DNA of 63,182 bases, filler included, from Pirum gemmata (lineage: Eukaryota), in the NCBI GenBank assembly GCA_002812295.1. It is 23 parts of 23 records of this genome, joined end to end, with 100 filler letters (N's around TTAATTAATTAA, not from the genome) between each part and the next. Parts side by side here need not be neighbours in the genome. Positions count along the whole stretch, not along the records: positions 60,575 to 63,182 come from PDIN01005503.1; 22 more parts are not named here. One strand, given 5' to 3'. Each line of letters opens with the position of its first letter. Position 1 is the first letter of the stretch. This document shows, piece by piece, positions 63,156 through 63,182 of this stretch. The notes beneath the pieces were generated by a model, which worked only from the letters and a program-made list of their open reading frames with translations, was not told the DNA's origin and did no database searches. A program made the position numbers and the translations under genes.

Positions 63156-63182
63156 TTAGTTTTAGTTTTACTTTTTAGTTTT

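Overview
This is AT-rich eukaryotic (protist-like) draft genome sequence, not prokaryotic and not one locus. About 23 unrelated contigs, mostly about 2.55-2.62 kb, are joined by 22 artificial 100-nt linkers (N-run, TTAATTAATTAA, N-run), so adjacency across a linker means nothing. Genes have GT-AG introns and use the standard code. Splicing by hand recovers fragments of LTA4H/M1 aminopeptidase, eEF2, an SLC38A9-like transporter, an ABCG transporter, a GH1 glycosidase, a SET methyltransferase, a RING E3 and a CxxC-repeat surface protein. There are also an LRR receptor, a LAT-like transmembrane adaptor and several orphan secreted proteins. Non-coding DNA is dominated by microsatellites, interstitial TTAGGG arrays, several MITE families and two decayed Ty1/copia elements. 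The best leads are four. (1) Pervasive chains of TA-(1-4 nt)-TA words look like stacked DNA-transposon excision footprints, and a mini-element with matching GAC...GTC ends is in the window. (2) An LRR receptor and an ectodomain-less, Tyr-motif-rich adaptor share an unrecognised juxtamembrane motif. (3) Two divergent copia elements both have an in-frame TGA-CT between gag and protease, suggesting readthrough. (4) There is an array of five 32-bp recombinase-site-like palindromes. A unicellular holozoan (ichthyosporean-like) source is my inference only, and an amoebozoan is not excluded. All family calls come from motif recognition by eye; no database was searched.
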